In this document: piece by piece, positions 9,907 through 18,698 of the stretch | How positions within the stretch are numbered: the first letter of the stretch is position 1 | Layout: every line of letters begins with the position of its first letter | Source: an uncultured Gammaproteobacteria bacterium | Lineage (GTDB): Bacteria > Pseudomonadota > Gammaproteobacteria > Steroidobacterales > UBA11654 | Length of the DNA: 64,000 nt | Reading direction: 5' to 3' | NCBI GenBank assembly: GCA_937801655.1 | Contig: CALMWC010000003.1 | Coordinates: forward strand, 2,574-66,573 | Made by a program: the position numbers and the translations under genes | Notes under the pieces: model-generated | Database searches by the model: none | What the model saw: the letters and a program-made list of their open reading frames with translations, nothing else | What the model was told of the DNA's origin: nothing

Positions 9907-10968
9907 ATGGAGAATAATAGTTTTATCTTCCCTGTTTTGGAGAACCCAGCCCCCTCTCTAAGCTTAAAGGATGCAAAAAACATTGCTCATAAATGGTTTA
10001 ATAATCCACAAGACATTAAAAGCCTAGTTAGCGAAAGAGATCAAAACTTTTATGTAAAAAACTCTAACAATGAAGGCTTTATTTTAAAAATCGCTAACAG
10101 CAAAGAGGTTCTAGGAACACTTGATTTCCAAAACAAAGCACTCAAACATCTTGCTAACACTACAACATTGCCACTACCGAAGGTTCAAAGTGATTTATCA
10201 GGCAATGAAATTATAACTGTTAACATCAAGAACCAAGAGTTTTTCGTTCGAATGGTCTCATTTATAGAGGGAACACCGTTGGGTGATATAGGCTCATTAA
10301 AAAATATTGAGGACCTATATACAAATATGGGTATTTTTTTAGGCGGTCTTGGTAAAGGGCTAAGGAATTTTAAACACCCTTCATCCAAACATAAATTGCT
10401 ATGGGATATGAGTCATACCCACCTTTTGTATGAATTGCTTCCATACATTAAAAACAAACATAATAAAAAAATGGCTGAGAAGGCTTTGTTATATTTTACA
10501 GAACATGTTGAGCAACCATTATCACAACAAAGAACCCAAGTAATTCATAATGATATGAACCCTGATAATGTCATATTAATGTCATCAGAGTCATCCGAGT
10601 TGGCTGGGATGATAGATTTTGGAGACATGGTAGAGGCGCCTTTAATCAACGATATAGCAGTGGCTGCCTCCTATCAAACCGTTGCTATGAATGACATCTA
10701 TAAGGGCACAGTGAGCTTGTTATCCGGCTACAATAGAGTATGCCCACTCAATACTGAAGAGTTAGATTTATTGCCAGCGTTAATTATGAATAGGATTGTT
10801 ATGTCTGTAATAATTTGTGAGTGGAGAGCTATAGACCACCCAGAAAACCAAGAATATATTTTAGGCGGCATAACAAAAACATGGAAAACTCTAGAAACTT
10901 TAATAGAGGAAGATCTAGAGGGTATAGCGACACAATTAAAAAATAGCTTAACACCCGTTATTGAATAG
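9907..10968 (+). CDS. APH-fold small-molecule kinase (hydroxylysine kinase / homoserine kinase II-like)
   Basis: 353 aa. It has the catalytic loop VIHNDMNPDNVIL (HxDxxxxN), the Mg-binding IDFGD, and an N-lobe FILKIANS lysine motif. Confidence 0.7.
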   Translation: MENNSFIFPVLENPAPSLSLKDAKNIAHKWFNNPQDIKSLVSERDQNFYVKNSNNEGFILKIANSKEVLGTLDFQNKALKHLANTTTLPLPKVQSDLSGNEIITVNIKNQEFFVRMVSFIEGTPLGDIGSLKNIEDLYTNMGIFLGGLGKGLRNFKHPSSKHKLLWDMSHTHLLYELLPYIKNKHNKKMAEKALLYFTEHVEQPLSQQRTQVIHNDMNPDNVILMSSESSELAGMIDFGDMVEAPLINDIAVAASYQTVAMNDIYKGTVSLLSGYNRVCPLNTEELDLLPALIMNRIVMSVIICEWRAIDHPENQEYILGGITKTWKTLETLIEEDLEGIATQLKNSLTPVIE

Positions 10969-10977
10969 GCTTTTAAA

Positions 10978-12222
10978 ATGCAAGAAGATCTTAGTACAAC
11001 GAGTTTATTCAAAAAACGAATGAGTTATTTGGGCAATGGAGATCAATATTTTTATAAAGAACCTCTGCATATTACGAAAGGCGAAGATGTTTGGTTGTTT
11101 GATAAAGAAGGAAAAAAATATTTGGATGTTTATAACAACGTAGCTCATGTTGGGCATTGTAACCCAGTAGTGGTAGATGCCATGGTTAATCAGGCAGCAA
11201 AACTCAATACCAACACTCGTTACCTTCATGAACACATTGTTGCCTTAGCAGAGGCAATAATAGAATCCATGCCAGAGGGTTTAAATGTTTGTTATTTTTG
11301 TTGTAGTGGCAGTGAAGCGAACGATTTAGCTTTTCAAATTGCAAGAAATAATACTGGCAATAAAGGGTGTTTGGTTACTGAGAATGCCTATCATGGCAAT
11401 ACAACAGCAGTGTTTCAAATGAGCCCAGAAGATTGCACCGCAAACCAAAGAGAAAGTTGGATTGGGACCATTCCTGGTCCTCAAGAATATTTAGAAGATG
11501 AAGTGAGGTGTATCCAAAAGACAAAGGATCAGGTTACAAAATTAAAATCTCATAACCATTCTATAGCTGCTTTTATAGCGGATAATATTTTCAGCAGCGA
11601 GGGAATCTATCTTCCTAGAGAGGGTTATTTACAAACTCTATATGCATTAGTTAAGGATTTAGGCGGGCTCACCATTGCTGATGAGGTACAGTCTGGTTTT
11701 GGCAGAACGGGTGATTTTATGTGGGGTTTTGAACATTCAGGTGTGGTTCCAGATATTGTCACACTTGGTAAACCCATGGGAAATGGACACCCCATTTCTG
11801 CTGTAATCACTACACGAGAGATTGCGGATGGCTTTAACCGTGATTATGGTTATTTTAATACATTTGGAGGCAACCCAGTTTCCTGTGCAGCAGGCCTTGC
11901 TGTAATAAGATACATTAAAGATAATAATTTAGTTAAGCATGCAAAAACAGTGGGCAATTATTTTCAAAAGGAGTTGGTTAGGACAATTGGCACTAACGAC
12001 TTAGTAAAAGACATACGAGGCAGTGGCCTGTTTATTGGTATTGAAATGAAAGACGATACAATAACCTCATCAACTGTGGAGCAACTGATGAATAATGGAG
12101 TATTGGTAGGACAAACTGGACCCAACAACAATGTAATGAAGTTGAGGCCCCCAATGACTTTTCAAAAAGAACATGCCGATTTTGTTGTGCAACAATTAGA
12201 AAAAATACAACTTAATTTTTAA
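10978..12222 (+). CDS. Class-III PLP enzyme of the phospho-lyase (ETNPPL/PHYKPL, AGXT2L) subfamily
   Basis: 414 aa. [51 protein letters not shown] (PLP lysine), [28 protein letters not shown] and [10 protein letters not shown] match, block by block, the human ethanolamine-phosphate phospho-lyase sequence as I recall it. Confidence 0.8.
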   Translation: MQEDLSTTSLFKKRMSYLGNGDQYFYKEPLHITKGEDVWLFDKEGKKYLDVYNNVAHVGHCNPVVVDAMVNQAAKLNTNTRYLHEHIVALAEAIIESMPEGLNVCYFCCSGSEANDLAFQIARNNTGNKGCLVTENAYHGNTTAVFQMSPEDCTANQRESWIGTIPGPQEYLEDEVRCIQKTKDQVTKLKSHNHSIAAFIADNIFSSEGIYLPREGYLQTLYALVKDLGGLTIADEVQSGFGRTGDFMWGFEHSGVVPDIVTLGKPMGNGHPISAVITTREIADGFNRDYGYFNTFGGNPVSCAAGLAVIRYIKDNNLVKHAKTVGNYFQKELVRTIGTNDLVKDIRGSGLFIGIEMKDDTITSSTVEQLMNNGVLVGQTGPNNNVMKLRPPMTFQKEHADFVVQQLEKIQLNF

Positions 12223-12226
12223 TGGT

Positions 12227-13402
12227 ATGGCTGCTCTTAATAAGATAAAAATTCTCGATTTTACAACATTGCTTCCAGGGCCATATGCAACCATGACTCT
12301 GGCTGATATGGGTGCGGATGTTTTATGGGTTGAGGCTATCAGTGATGGAGATCTATCTTTTAAGCATCGAGGAGCAGCAATGCGTTCTTATTTGGGTAGA
12401 TCGAAAAGATCAATTGCCATAAACCTTAAGGATCCTAAAGGGAAAGCAATCATCGAAACACTAATCAGTGATTACGATGTTCTGGTGGAACAGTTTAGAC
12501 CAGGGGTTATGGAGCGACTGGGGTTGAGTTATGAATCACTGTCACAACTTAATTCCAAATTAATTTACTGCTCAATTACAGGGTATGGGCAGACGGGACC
12601 TTTAAAACAAAGAGCGGGACATGATATCAATTACCTGTCTTTAAGTGGAATTAGCAGTTTTAGCGGCTTAAAAAATGAAGGACCGACCCTTTCTGGTGTT
12701 CAAATAGCTGATTTAGCGGGCGGTTCTATGCATGCTGTTACTGGAATTCTAGCTGCCATTATTGAGAGACAAGACCAAGGCATAGGACAGTATATTGATA
12801 TCAGCATGCTTGATGGAAGTTTTGCTTTGAACTCTATTCATGCAGCTGATTATCTTGTAAGTAACAATGAAGCAACCTTTCAGTCTAATAATCTAAATGG
12901 CGGGAGCTTTTATAATTACTATAAAACCAAAGACGATAAGTATGTTTCTGTTGGCAGCATAGAGCCAAAGTTTTTTAAACAAGTCTGTGAAGGAATAGGT
13001 CGCATGGATTTATACAATCTTGATTATTTAACACCCGAGGCTCAGGACAGAATCAAACAAGGATTTGTTGAAGCGTTTGAAAAAATGACCCAACAAGAAT
13101 GCGTTGATCTTTTTAAAGATAGTGATGCTTGTGTGGAACCAGTCTTAAGTTTATCTAAGGCCATAGAGAGTGAACAGTTACAAAATAGGGGAATGGTGGT
13201 TGATGTTCCCAATAATACAAAAGGAACAGAGCGACAAGTAGGTAGCCCACTCAAATTTTCAAACTCAGATCCAGTCTATAAACACACCGCACCAACTAGA
13301 GGGAAGGACACAAAATCTGTGTTGAAAGAAATTGGTTATGAGCAGGATGAAATAGAAGCATTAATAAAACAAAAGACGGTTTTACAAGCCGAGCTCGATT
13401 AA
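12227..13402 (+). CDS. Family III CoA-transferase (CaiB/BaiF/AMACR-like)
   Basis: 391 aa. KILDFTTLLPGPYATMTLADMGADVLWVE, VEQFRPGVMERLGL, ITGYGQTGP and GHDINYL are the characteristic family III motifs. Confidence 0.8.
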   Translation: MAALNKIKILDFTTLLPGPYATMTLADMGADVLWVEAISDGDLSFKHRGAAMRSYLGRSKRSIAINLKDPKGKAIIETLISDYDVLVEQFRPGVMERLGLSYESLSQLNSKLIYCSITGYGQTGPLKQRAGHDINYLSLSGISSFSGLKNEGPTLSGVQIADLAGGSMHAVTGILAAIIERQDQGIGQYIDISMLDGSFALNSIHAADYLVSNNEATFQSNNLNGGSFYNYYKTKDDKYVSVGSIEPKFFKQVCEGIGRMDLYNLDYLTPEAQDRIKQGFVEAFEKMTQQECVDLFKDSDACVEPVLSLSKAIESEQLQNRGMVVDVPNNTKGTERQVGSPLKFSNSDPVYKHTAPTRGKDTKSVLKEIGYEQDEIEALIKQKTVLQAELD

Positions 13403-14149
13403 CACAGGCGTATGATCAGATGGCCTTTCTAATGCTCTAGGAGCTTCATCAATATAACTCCTAATGCAATTTTCTTTGAGTGCTTTAGAGATTAGTATTA
13501 AATCTATTCTCATACCCATCTTTCTTCTGTAGGCAGCTGCACGGTAATCCCACCAACTAAACAAACCCTCTTCTTGATCAAACAATCTAAAACTATCAAT
13601 AAAACCTAGTTGCTCTATTTTTTTAAGCCATGCTCTTTCTTCATCGCTGCATAAAACCTTCCCTTTCCACACCTCAGGATCATGTACATCTTGTTCTTGG
13701 GGCGCTATGTTAAAATCACCAAGAATAATTATTTTTTCATTGGTTTGAGTTAATACCTCCAAATAATGGTGCAAACCTTTTAACCATTTCATTTTATATT
13801 CAAATTTCTCAGAGCCAACACTTTGACCATTTGGAATATAGACATCAATAACTGTAATGCCCTCATAAATCCCAGATATTACCCTGGTTTGTTCGTCTAC
13901 AAAACCACCAATACCCCTTTCACACTCTTCAGGTGGTTTTTTAGACAATAAGGCAACACCATTGTATGATTTTTGGCCAAAAATACTGGCTTCATAACCC
14001 AATGATGTGAACGCATCAAGTGGAAACATATCATCCATAACTTTAGTTTCTTGAAGCGCCAATACATCTGGCTGATTGGACTTTATCCAAGCAGTAACAT
14101 GCTCTATACGAGCCCTAATTCCATTAACATTCCAGCTAGCTATTTTCAT
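13382..14149 (-). CDS. xthA: Exodeoxyribonuclease III (copy 1)
   Basis: 255 aa. Motifs: MKIASWNVNGIRAR, DVLALQETK, IILGDFNIAP, WWDYR, SDHTPVLIEL. Confidence 0.85.
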   Translation of the reverse strand: MKIASWNVNGIRARIEHVTAWIKSNQPDVLALQETKVMDDMFPLDAFTSLGYEASIFGQKSYNGVALLSKKPPEECERGIGGFVDEQTRVISGIYEGITVIDVYIPNGQSVGSEKFEYKMKWLKGLHHYLEVLTQTNEKIIILGDFNIAPQEQDVHDPEVWKGKVLCSDEERAWLKKIEQLGFIDSFRLFDQEEGLFSWWDYRAAAYRRKMGMRIDLILISKALKENCIRSYIDEAPRALERPSDHTPVLIELGL

Positions 14150-14247
14150 TGATTCAATTTTTTATTTATATAATATCTAATGCTGTACAAAAATAATTTA
14201 AATAGATACATTAATTTTAAACACAATACATCCAATAAAAATAAAAA

Positions 14248-14490
14248 ATGAAAAATAAAAACCATCTGCATGCTGAAATTTTTGGTAAACCTGATTGCAT
14301 CCATTGTGAAAAGGCAAAGTTTTTATGTAAACAAAAAGGCATTAAGTATTCCTATAAAGAATTAGATAAGGATTTTGATTTTGACTTTATAAAGAAGTCT
14401 TTTCCTAATGCGAGAACCTTTCCCCAGATTGTTATTGATGGTAATTATGTTGGGGGTTATGATGAATTATCGAAGTATTTGGAGGACTAA
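14248..14490 (+). CDS. Glutaredoxin-like protein
   Basis: 80 aa with a CxxC active site (KPDCIHCEKAK). TFPQIVIDGNYVGGYDEL matches the Grx C-terminal motif. Confidence 0.65.
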   Translation: MKNKNHLHAEIFGKPDCIHCEKAKFLCKQKGIKYSYKELDKDFDFDFIKKSFPNARTFPQIVIDGNYVGGYDELSKYLED

Positions 14491-14494
14491 ACCA

Positions 14495-14779
14495 ATGAAA
14501 GGAATAATAATTGCAGTATTTTTGATATTAACCAGCACCCCTATCTTTGCCGAGAGTGATTTGCTCAACAAACAACAATGCGATGAAACAAAGATTGGCA
14601 TTGGAAATGCATTGGCAGTAGCTGATTATCTTTTTAAAGAAATCGAAAAAAACAACAAGGTTCAGCAAACAGAAGAAGAAAGGCAATCCAATGAAGATGA
14701 GCTTTATCTGGGGGCTATAGCTTTTTCTCAGATAGCAGCAAACTACTCGACTGTATATGATGTTTGGTGTAAAGATTAA
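14495..14779 (+). CDS. Small secreted hypothetical protein
   Basis: The internal ATG at 14495 gives 94 aa beginning with the signal peptide MKGIIIAVFLILTSTPIFA. The part upstream in the listed ORF (14408) overlaps the glutaredoxin gene. There are two Cys (near the N- and C-termini of the mature part) and no recognisable family. Confidence 0.35.
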   Translation: MKGIIIAVFLILTSTPIFAESDLLNKQQCDETKIGIGNALAVADYLFKEIEKNNKVQQTEEERQSNEDELYLGAIAFSQIAANYSTVYDVWCKD

Positions 14780-15591
14780 TTTTCAGTTTCTTTCTGCAAT
14801 CTTAGAATAATCTCTTCTGTATCAGGGCGAACACCACGCCAAATATAGAACGACTCAGCAGCCTGTTCAACAAGCATACCCCAACCCTGTAAAGAAAAAG
14901 AGGGATTAAATCTTTTTGCCCAGTTGAGAAAAAAAGTATCACCATAGGTGTAACCCATGTCATAACATATAGACCCATTAAACACATCAGGGTTTATTTC
15001 TGGGGCCTCATTGTTGAGGTTTGCTGAAGTGGCATTAATCACTATGTCATAGTGATTTTTTAAACTCAGACCTTCCACTACATTAATCTCTCTAAGATGA
15101 ATAAAATCTTCTCTTATTTTTATTGCTTTTTCCATTGTTCTATTACAAACCGTTAACCCAGCGATATCCTTTTCATGCAGTGAGGGAATAACACTCCTTG
15201 CGGCACCACCAGAACCAAGAAGTAAAACTTCTTTTCCTTCTAAATAAATATCATTATTCTCTAAATCTTTTATTAAACCTAAGCCGTCAGTGCTTTCACC
15301 ATATATTCGACCATCCTCTGAAAAACTAAGAGTGTTTACAGCCTGACAGGTTTCTGCAGATTGCCCACAAGAGTCCGATAATTTGAAAGCAGCTTCTTTA
15401 AAGGGAAGGGTTATATTAAGCCCCTTACCTCCTTTGGTAAAAAACAGTTCTATTGTCTTTGTAAAATCTTCCAAAGTGGATTCTATCTTTGAGTAAGAAA
15501 TTTGATGACCAAGCTGCTCAGCAAATAGATGATGAATTTTAGGCGATTTACTGTGATTGATTGGGTTTCCCACTACACCATATGCGTCCAT
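14776..15591 (-). CDS. aroE: Shikimate dehydrogenase
   Basis: 271 aa. Motifs: YGVVGNPINHSKSPKIHH, LNITLPFKE, NTL, LLLGSGGAARS. Confidence 0.85.
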   Translation of the reverse strand: MDAYGVVGNPINHSKSPKIHHLFAEQLGHQISYSKIESTLEDFTKTIELFFTKGGKGLNITLPFKEAAFKLSDSCGQSAETCQAVNTLSFSEDGRIYGESTDGLGLIKDLENNDIYLEGKEVLLLGSGGAARSVIPSLHEKDIAGLTVCNRTMEKAIKIREDFIHLREINVVEGLSLKNHYDIVINATSANLNNEAPEINPDVFNGSICYDMGYTYGDTFFLNWAKRFNPSFSLQGWGMLVEQAAESFYIWRGVRPDTEEIILRLQKETEN

Positions 15592-15634
15592 TGTATGCCT
15601 TTTTAAAATACTATCTTTTATTTATAACTATTAA

Positions 15635-16180
15635 CTAAGATCTTATGCTTTTCCCAGAGATAAGATCAATAATTGTTGAAGGCTGGTGATGTTCTCCACA
15701 AGGTCCCTCTATAATATAATCTACCATGTCGCCCATCTTTTCTCTTGCGATTTTATATTCATTAATTGTTGGATCGCCATGAAGATTAGCACTGGTAGAG
15801 ACTAATGGGGCCTTCAATAAGTCGGTAAGGTCTTTGATAAAAGGATCTGTTGATTTTCTAAAAGCTATTGAAGAGTGATTTCCTGTTAGCCATTTTGGTG
15901 CTTTTTTACTTGCTTTGATAAGAAAAGTGGTAGGCCTTTTGGTTCTTTGATTAACCTGTTTTTCCTGGCCTTTATCAATAACAATCCATTCTTTTATATG
16001 CTCTAGATTGCCTCCTAGTAAAATAAGCCCCATACCTATAGGCCTTTCTTTGATTTTTAGTAACTGACTAACAGAGGTTTTGATTCTTGGGTCACAACCA
16101 AGGCCAAAAACCGATTCCGTGGGATAAATAATAATTCCACCATCAATTAATATTTGATGTATTTCCTGAATTGTTTTTAT
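15635..16180 (-). CDS. tsaC: L-threonylcarbamoyladenylate synthase TsaC (YrdC family); start codon uncertain and non-canonical
   Basis: The same frame upstream of the listed ATG (16033) encodes DGGIIIYPTESVFGLGCDP, the family signature, so the gene must begin upstream. No ATG/GTG/TTG/CTG lies between the in-frame stop (16205-16207) and 16033. ATA at 16178-16180 overlaps the topA stop (ATAA) and would give about 181 aa, the expected size. Confidence 0.7.
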   Translation of the reverse strand: MKTIQEIHQILIDGGIIIYPTESVFGLGCDPRIKTSVSQLLKIKERPIGMGLILLGGNLEHIKEWIVIDKGQEKQVNQRTKRPTTFLIKASKKAPKWLTGNHSSIAFRKSTDPFIKDLTDLLKAPLVSTSANLHGDPTINEYKIAREKMGDMVDYIIEGPCGEHHQPSTIIDLISGKSIRS

Positions 16181-18636
16181 TTCTTCTTTTTCCTTTTTTT
16201 CTTTTTAGGTGCGGCCTCTAATAAAGCAAGGCATTCTTCAAGCTCAAGGCTTTCAGGCTCAGTACCTTTTGGAACAGAAACATTTTTTGAGCCATCTGTT
16301 ATATATGGCCCCCAACGACCAGCTACAATTTTAACTTTACTGTCTTCAAAAGTTTTTAAGCTACCCGATCCCTTGCTACCAGCAATATTTTCCAGCGCTT
16401 CTTCTAGATCGATATTAAATGGATCAATACCCTTTCTGGCTCTGAAGTTTCTTGATCCTTTTTTAAAATAAGGACCATATGGGCCTATAGTAATTAATAT
16501 AGGCTCCTTTGATTCTGGATCTTTACCAATCTCTCTAGGCAAAGAAAGATAGGCAAGAGCTCTTTCTAGAGTGATACTAGTAATATCATCAGTTGGAAGA
16601 ACACCAACATATCTTGGTTTGTTTCCATTCTCAGTTGTTCCTAGTTGTATAGTAGGGCCATACCTAGCAACCCTTGCAATAATTGGTTCGTTGGTCTCAG
16701 GATGTAGTCCTAAAATATTATCTTCAGGTTTTTTAAATAAATCACACGCTTCCTCAATTGTTATTGCAAAGAGAGACTGTTCCTCTTTAAGGCTAGCCCA
16801 TTGAAGCTTTTCTTCGACATCAATATCACCCAATTGAACCGCAGGTCCATTTTTTGTCATTCTTGCAAAAATAGGTTTACCAGAATCTGGATCTTTCCCT
16901 AATAAGCGTTGTGGATTTACATCTCGCCGAGTAACTGTTTCTCCTGTTTGTGAGACTCCTGTTTCCAGAGGCTCCCAAAACTGATCTAACACCTCTTTTT
17001 TACTTTTTTGACCATTGGATATAGCATCCAAGTCACTTTCCATCATTGAGGTAAATTCATCACTGATGTAATTGGTAAAATTTTCATTCAAAAAATTACT
17101 TACCAATCTGCCCATATCAGATGGCGCATATCTCTTTTGTTTTAAGGTAATATATTGTCTGTCAGTCAGCCTAGATAAAATATCAGCATAGGTGGAAGGC
17201 CTACCAATTCCTTTTTCTTCAAGTGTTTTAATCATACTTGCATCATTGTATCTAGGTGGAGGCTCTGTAAAATGTTGTTCTTTGATAAGCCCAACAAAAT
17301 CCATCACTTCGCCCTCAGAAATCTTTGGCGCAGGATTATTTTTGACCGCTTCTTTTGTTGCCTTAAGGTAGCCATCAAATATAAGCTCTTGATCTGAGAA
17401 GGTAAAAATAGCTAAATCTTGATACGCTTTAGGCTTGAACTCAATGGATGTTCTTTCAAATAAAGCACTCTTCATCTGAGAAGCAATTGTTCGTTCCCAA
17501 ATCAATGAATACAACTTTACCTCATCATCATTTAATTGGGGTTTAATCTCATCAGGCACAATATTAATATCAACTGGCACTATAGCGCCATGTGCCTCTT
17601 GTATATTTTTAGCTTCTTTTTTATTTTTGAAGTTTCTTTTTTCCAAATAGTTTTCACCATAAAGACTGGAAATCTTTTTATAAATACTAGGCAGCTTACC
17701 TTGATCTATTTCAATAGAGTCTGTTCTGATGTATGTGATAAGCCCACCACCATCTCTTGCATAGAGTGACTGTGCTATCTGCATGGTTCTTTTGGGCGTG
17801 AAACCAAATTTATTGGAGGCCTGTTGTTGTAAAACGGAAGTTCTAAATGGAGACTTAGGGTTTTGTGTTCGGGATGTTTTGGTTATGGAGGTTGCTTCCA
17901 TTCCATCAATACACCCTGATTCGAGTTTATTGCTAACGCTTTCAACAATAGCATTGGTTGAGAATGTAAATTTTTTAACAGCTTCACCCTCAAATGATGC
18001 TAGTTTGACCTGAAAAGAAGACCCCTTATTTATTTCCGCATCAATACTCCAATACTCTTGGGGTTGAAATGCTTCAATTTCTTTTTCTCTTTCAACTATC
18101 AGTCTTAAAGCAGGGCTCTGCACCCTTCCTGCAGAATGATTGTTGCTTGGAAACAATCGCCATAAAAGGGGAGAGAGCGTAAAACCAAAGTGTCTATCTA
18201 GTGCTCGCCTTGTCTCTTGCGATAACACCATATCCATAGCAATTTCTCCAGGAGACTGCACTGCTTTTTCAACAGCTTCCTTACTAATTTCATAAAAAAT
18301 AGCTCTTTTGATACTCTTCCCTTTTATTTTTTTTTGGTGTTTGGTTTCTAAAATATCTGCAACATGCCATGCAATAGCCTCGCCTTCTCTGTCTGGATCA
18401 GTTGCTAAAACAATCTCATCACATGTTTTAGCTGACGCTGTTATTTTTTTAATTGCATCTTCTTTTCCCGGACTAATGATATAGGTCATTTCATAATTAT
18501 TGTTAGGGTCTATAGCATCTTTTTTTGGTAGTTCTCTGATGTGGCCAATAGTGGGCAATACCACATAATCGTCACCTAGGTATTTACCAATTGTTTTTGC
18601 CTTTGCTGGCGATTCCACTATAACGAGTGTTTTCAT
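16177..18636 (-). CDS. topA: DNA topoisomerase I
   Basis: 819 aa. It has the Toprim start MKTLVIVESPAKAKTIGKYLG, DPDREGEAIAWH and the catalytic region GLITYIRTDS. The C-terminal part has four Cys-free repeats (..GKPIFARMTKNGPAVQLG.., ..EPIIARVARYGPTIQLG.., ..EPILITIGPYGPYFKKG.., ..IVAGRWGPYITDG) and a KKKKRKKKK tail. Confidence 0.95.
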   Translation of the reverse strand: MKTLVIVESPAKAKTIGKYLGDDYVVLPTIGHIRELPKKDAIDPNNNYEMTYIISPGKEDAIKKITASAKTCDEIVLATDPDREGEAIAWHVADILETKHQKKIKGKSIKRAIFYEISKEAVEKAVQSPGEIAMDMVLSQETRRALDRHFGFTLSPLLWRLFPSNNHSAGRVQSPALRLIVEREKEIEAFQPQEYWSIDAEINKGSSFQVKLASFEGEAVKKFTFSTNAIVESVSNKLESGCIDGMEATSITKTSRTQNPKSPFRTSVLQQQASNKFGFTPKRTMQIAQSLYARDGGGLITYIRTDSIEIDQGKLPSIYKKISSLYGENYLEKRNFKNKKEAKNIQEAHGAIVPVDINIVPDEIKPQLNDDEVKLYSLIWERTIASQMKSALFERTSIEFKPKAYQDLAIFTFSDQELIFDGYLKATKEAVKNNPAPKISEGEVMDFVGLIKEQHFTEPPPRYNDASMIKTLEEKGIGRPSTYADILSRLTDRQYITLKQKRYAPSDMGRLVSNFLNENFTNYISDEFTSMMESDLDAISNGQKSKKEVLDQFWEPLETGVSQTGETVTRRDVNPQRLLGKDPDSGKPIFARMTKNGPAVQLGDIDVEEKLQWASLKEEQSLFAITIEEACDLFKKPEDNILGLHPETNEPIIARVARYGPTIQLGTTENGNKPRYVGVLPTDDITSITLERALAYLSLPREIGKDPESKEPILITIGPYGPYFKKGSRNFRARKGIDPFNIDLEEALENIAGSKGSGSLKTFEDSKVKIVAGRWGPYITDGSKNVSVPKGTEPESLELEECLALLEAAPKKKKRKKKK

Positions 18637-18647
18637 TTATTTGTTCC

Positions 18648-18673
18648 AAAAATTAAGCCGCGTCATGCGCGGC
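18648..18673 (-). terminator. GC-rich hairpin plus U-tract between smg and topA (terminator/attenuator-like)
   Basis: On the minus strand the sequence reads GCCGCG-CATGA-CGCGGC followed by TTAATTTTT. It lies 25 nt after the smg stop and only about 11 nt before the topA ATG. This is the only strongly GC-rich stem I noticed in the window. Confidence 0.45.
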
Positions 18674-18698
18674 ACTGATTATATGATTAAAATGCTCT

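Noticed and set aside
16177-16914. Four Cys-free repeats and a KKKKRKKKK tail at the TopA C-terminus, considered as a possible novel domain or repeat.
   Set aside because: Cys-less C-terminal repeat domains with a basic tail are a known alternative to the zinc-ribbon C-terminus of type IA topoisomerases. Only the overlap with tsaC is noteworthy, and that is reported separately.
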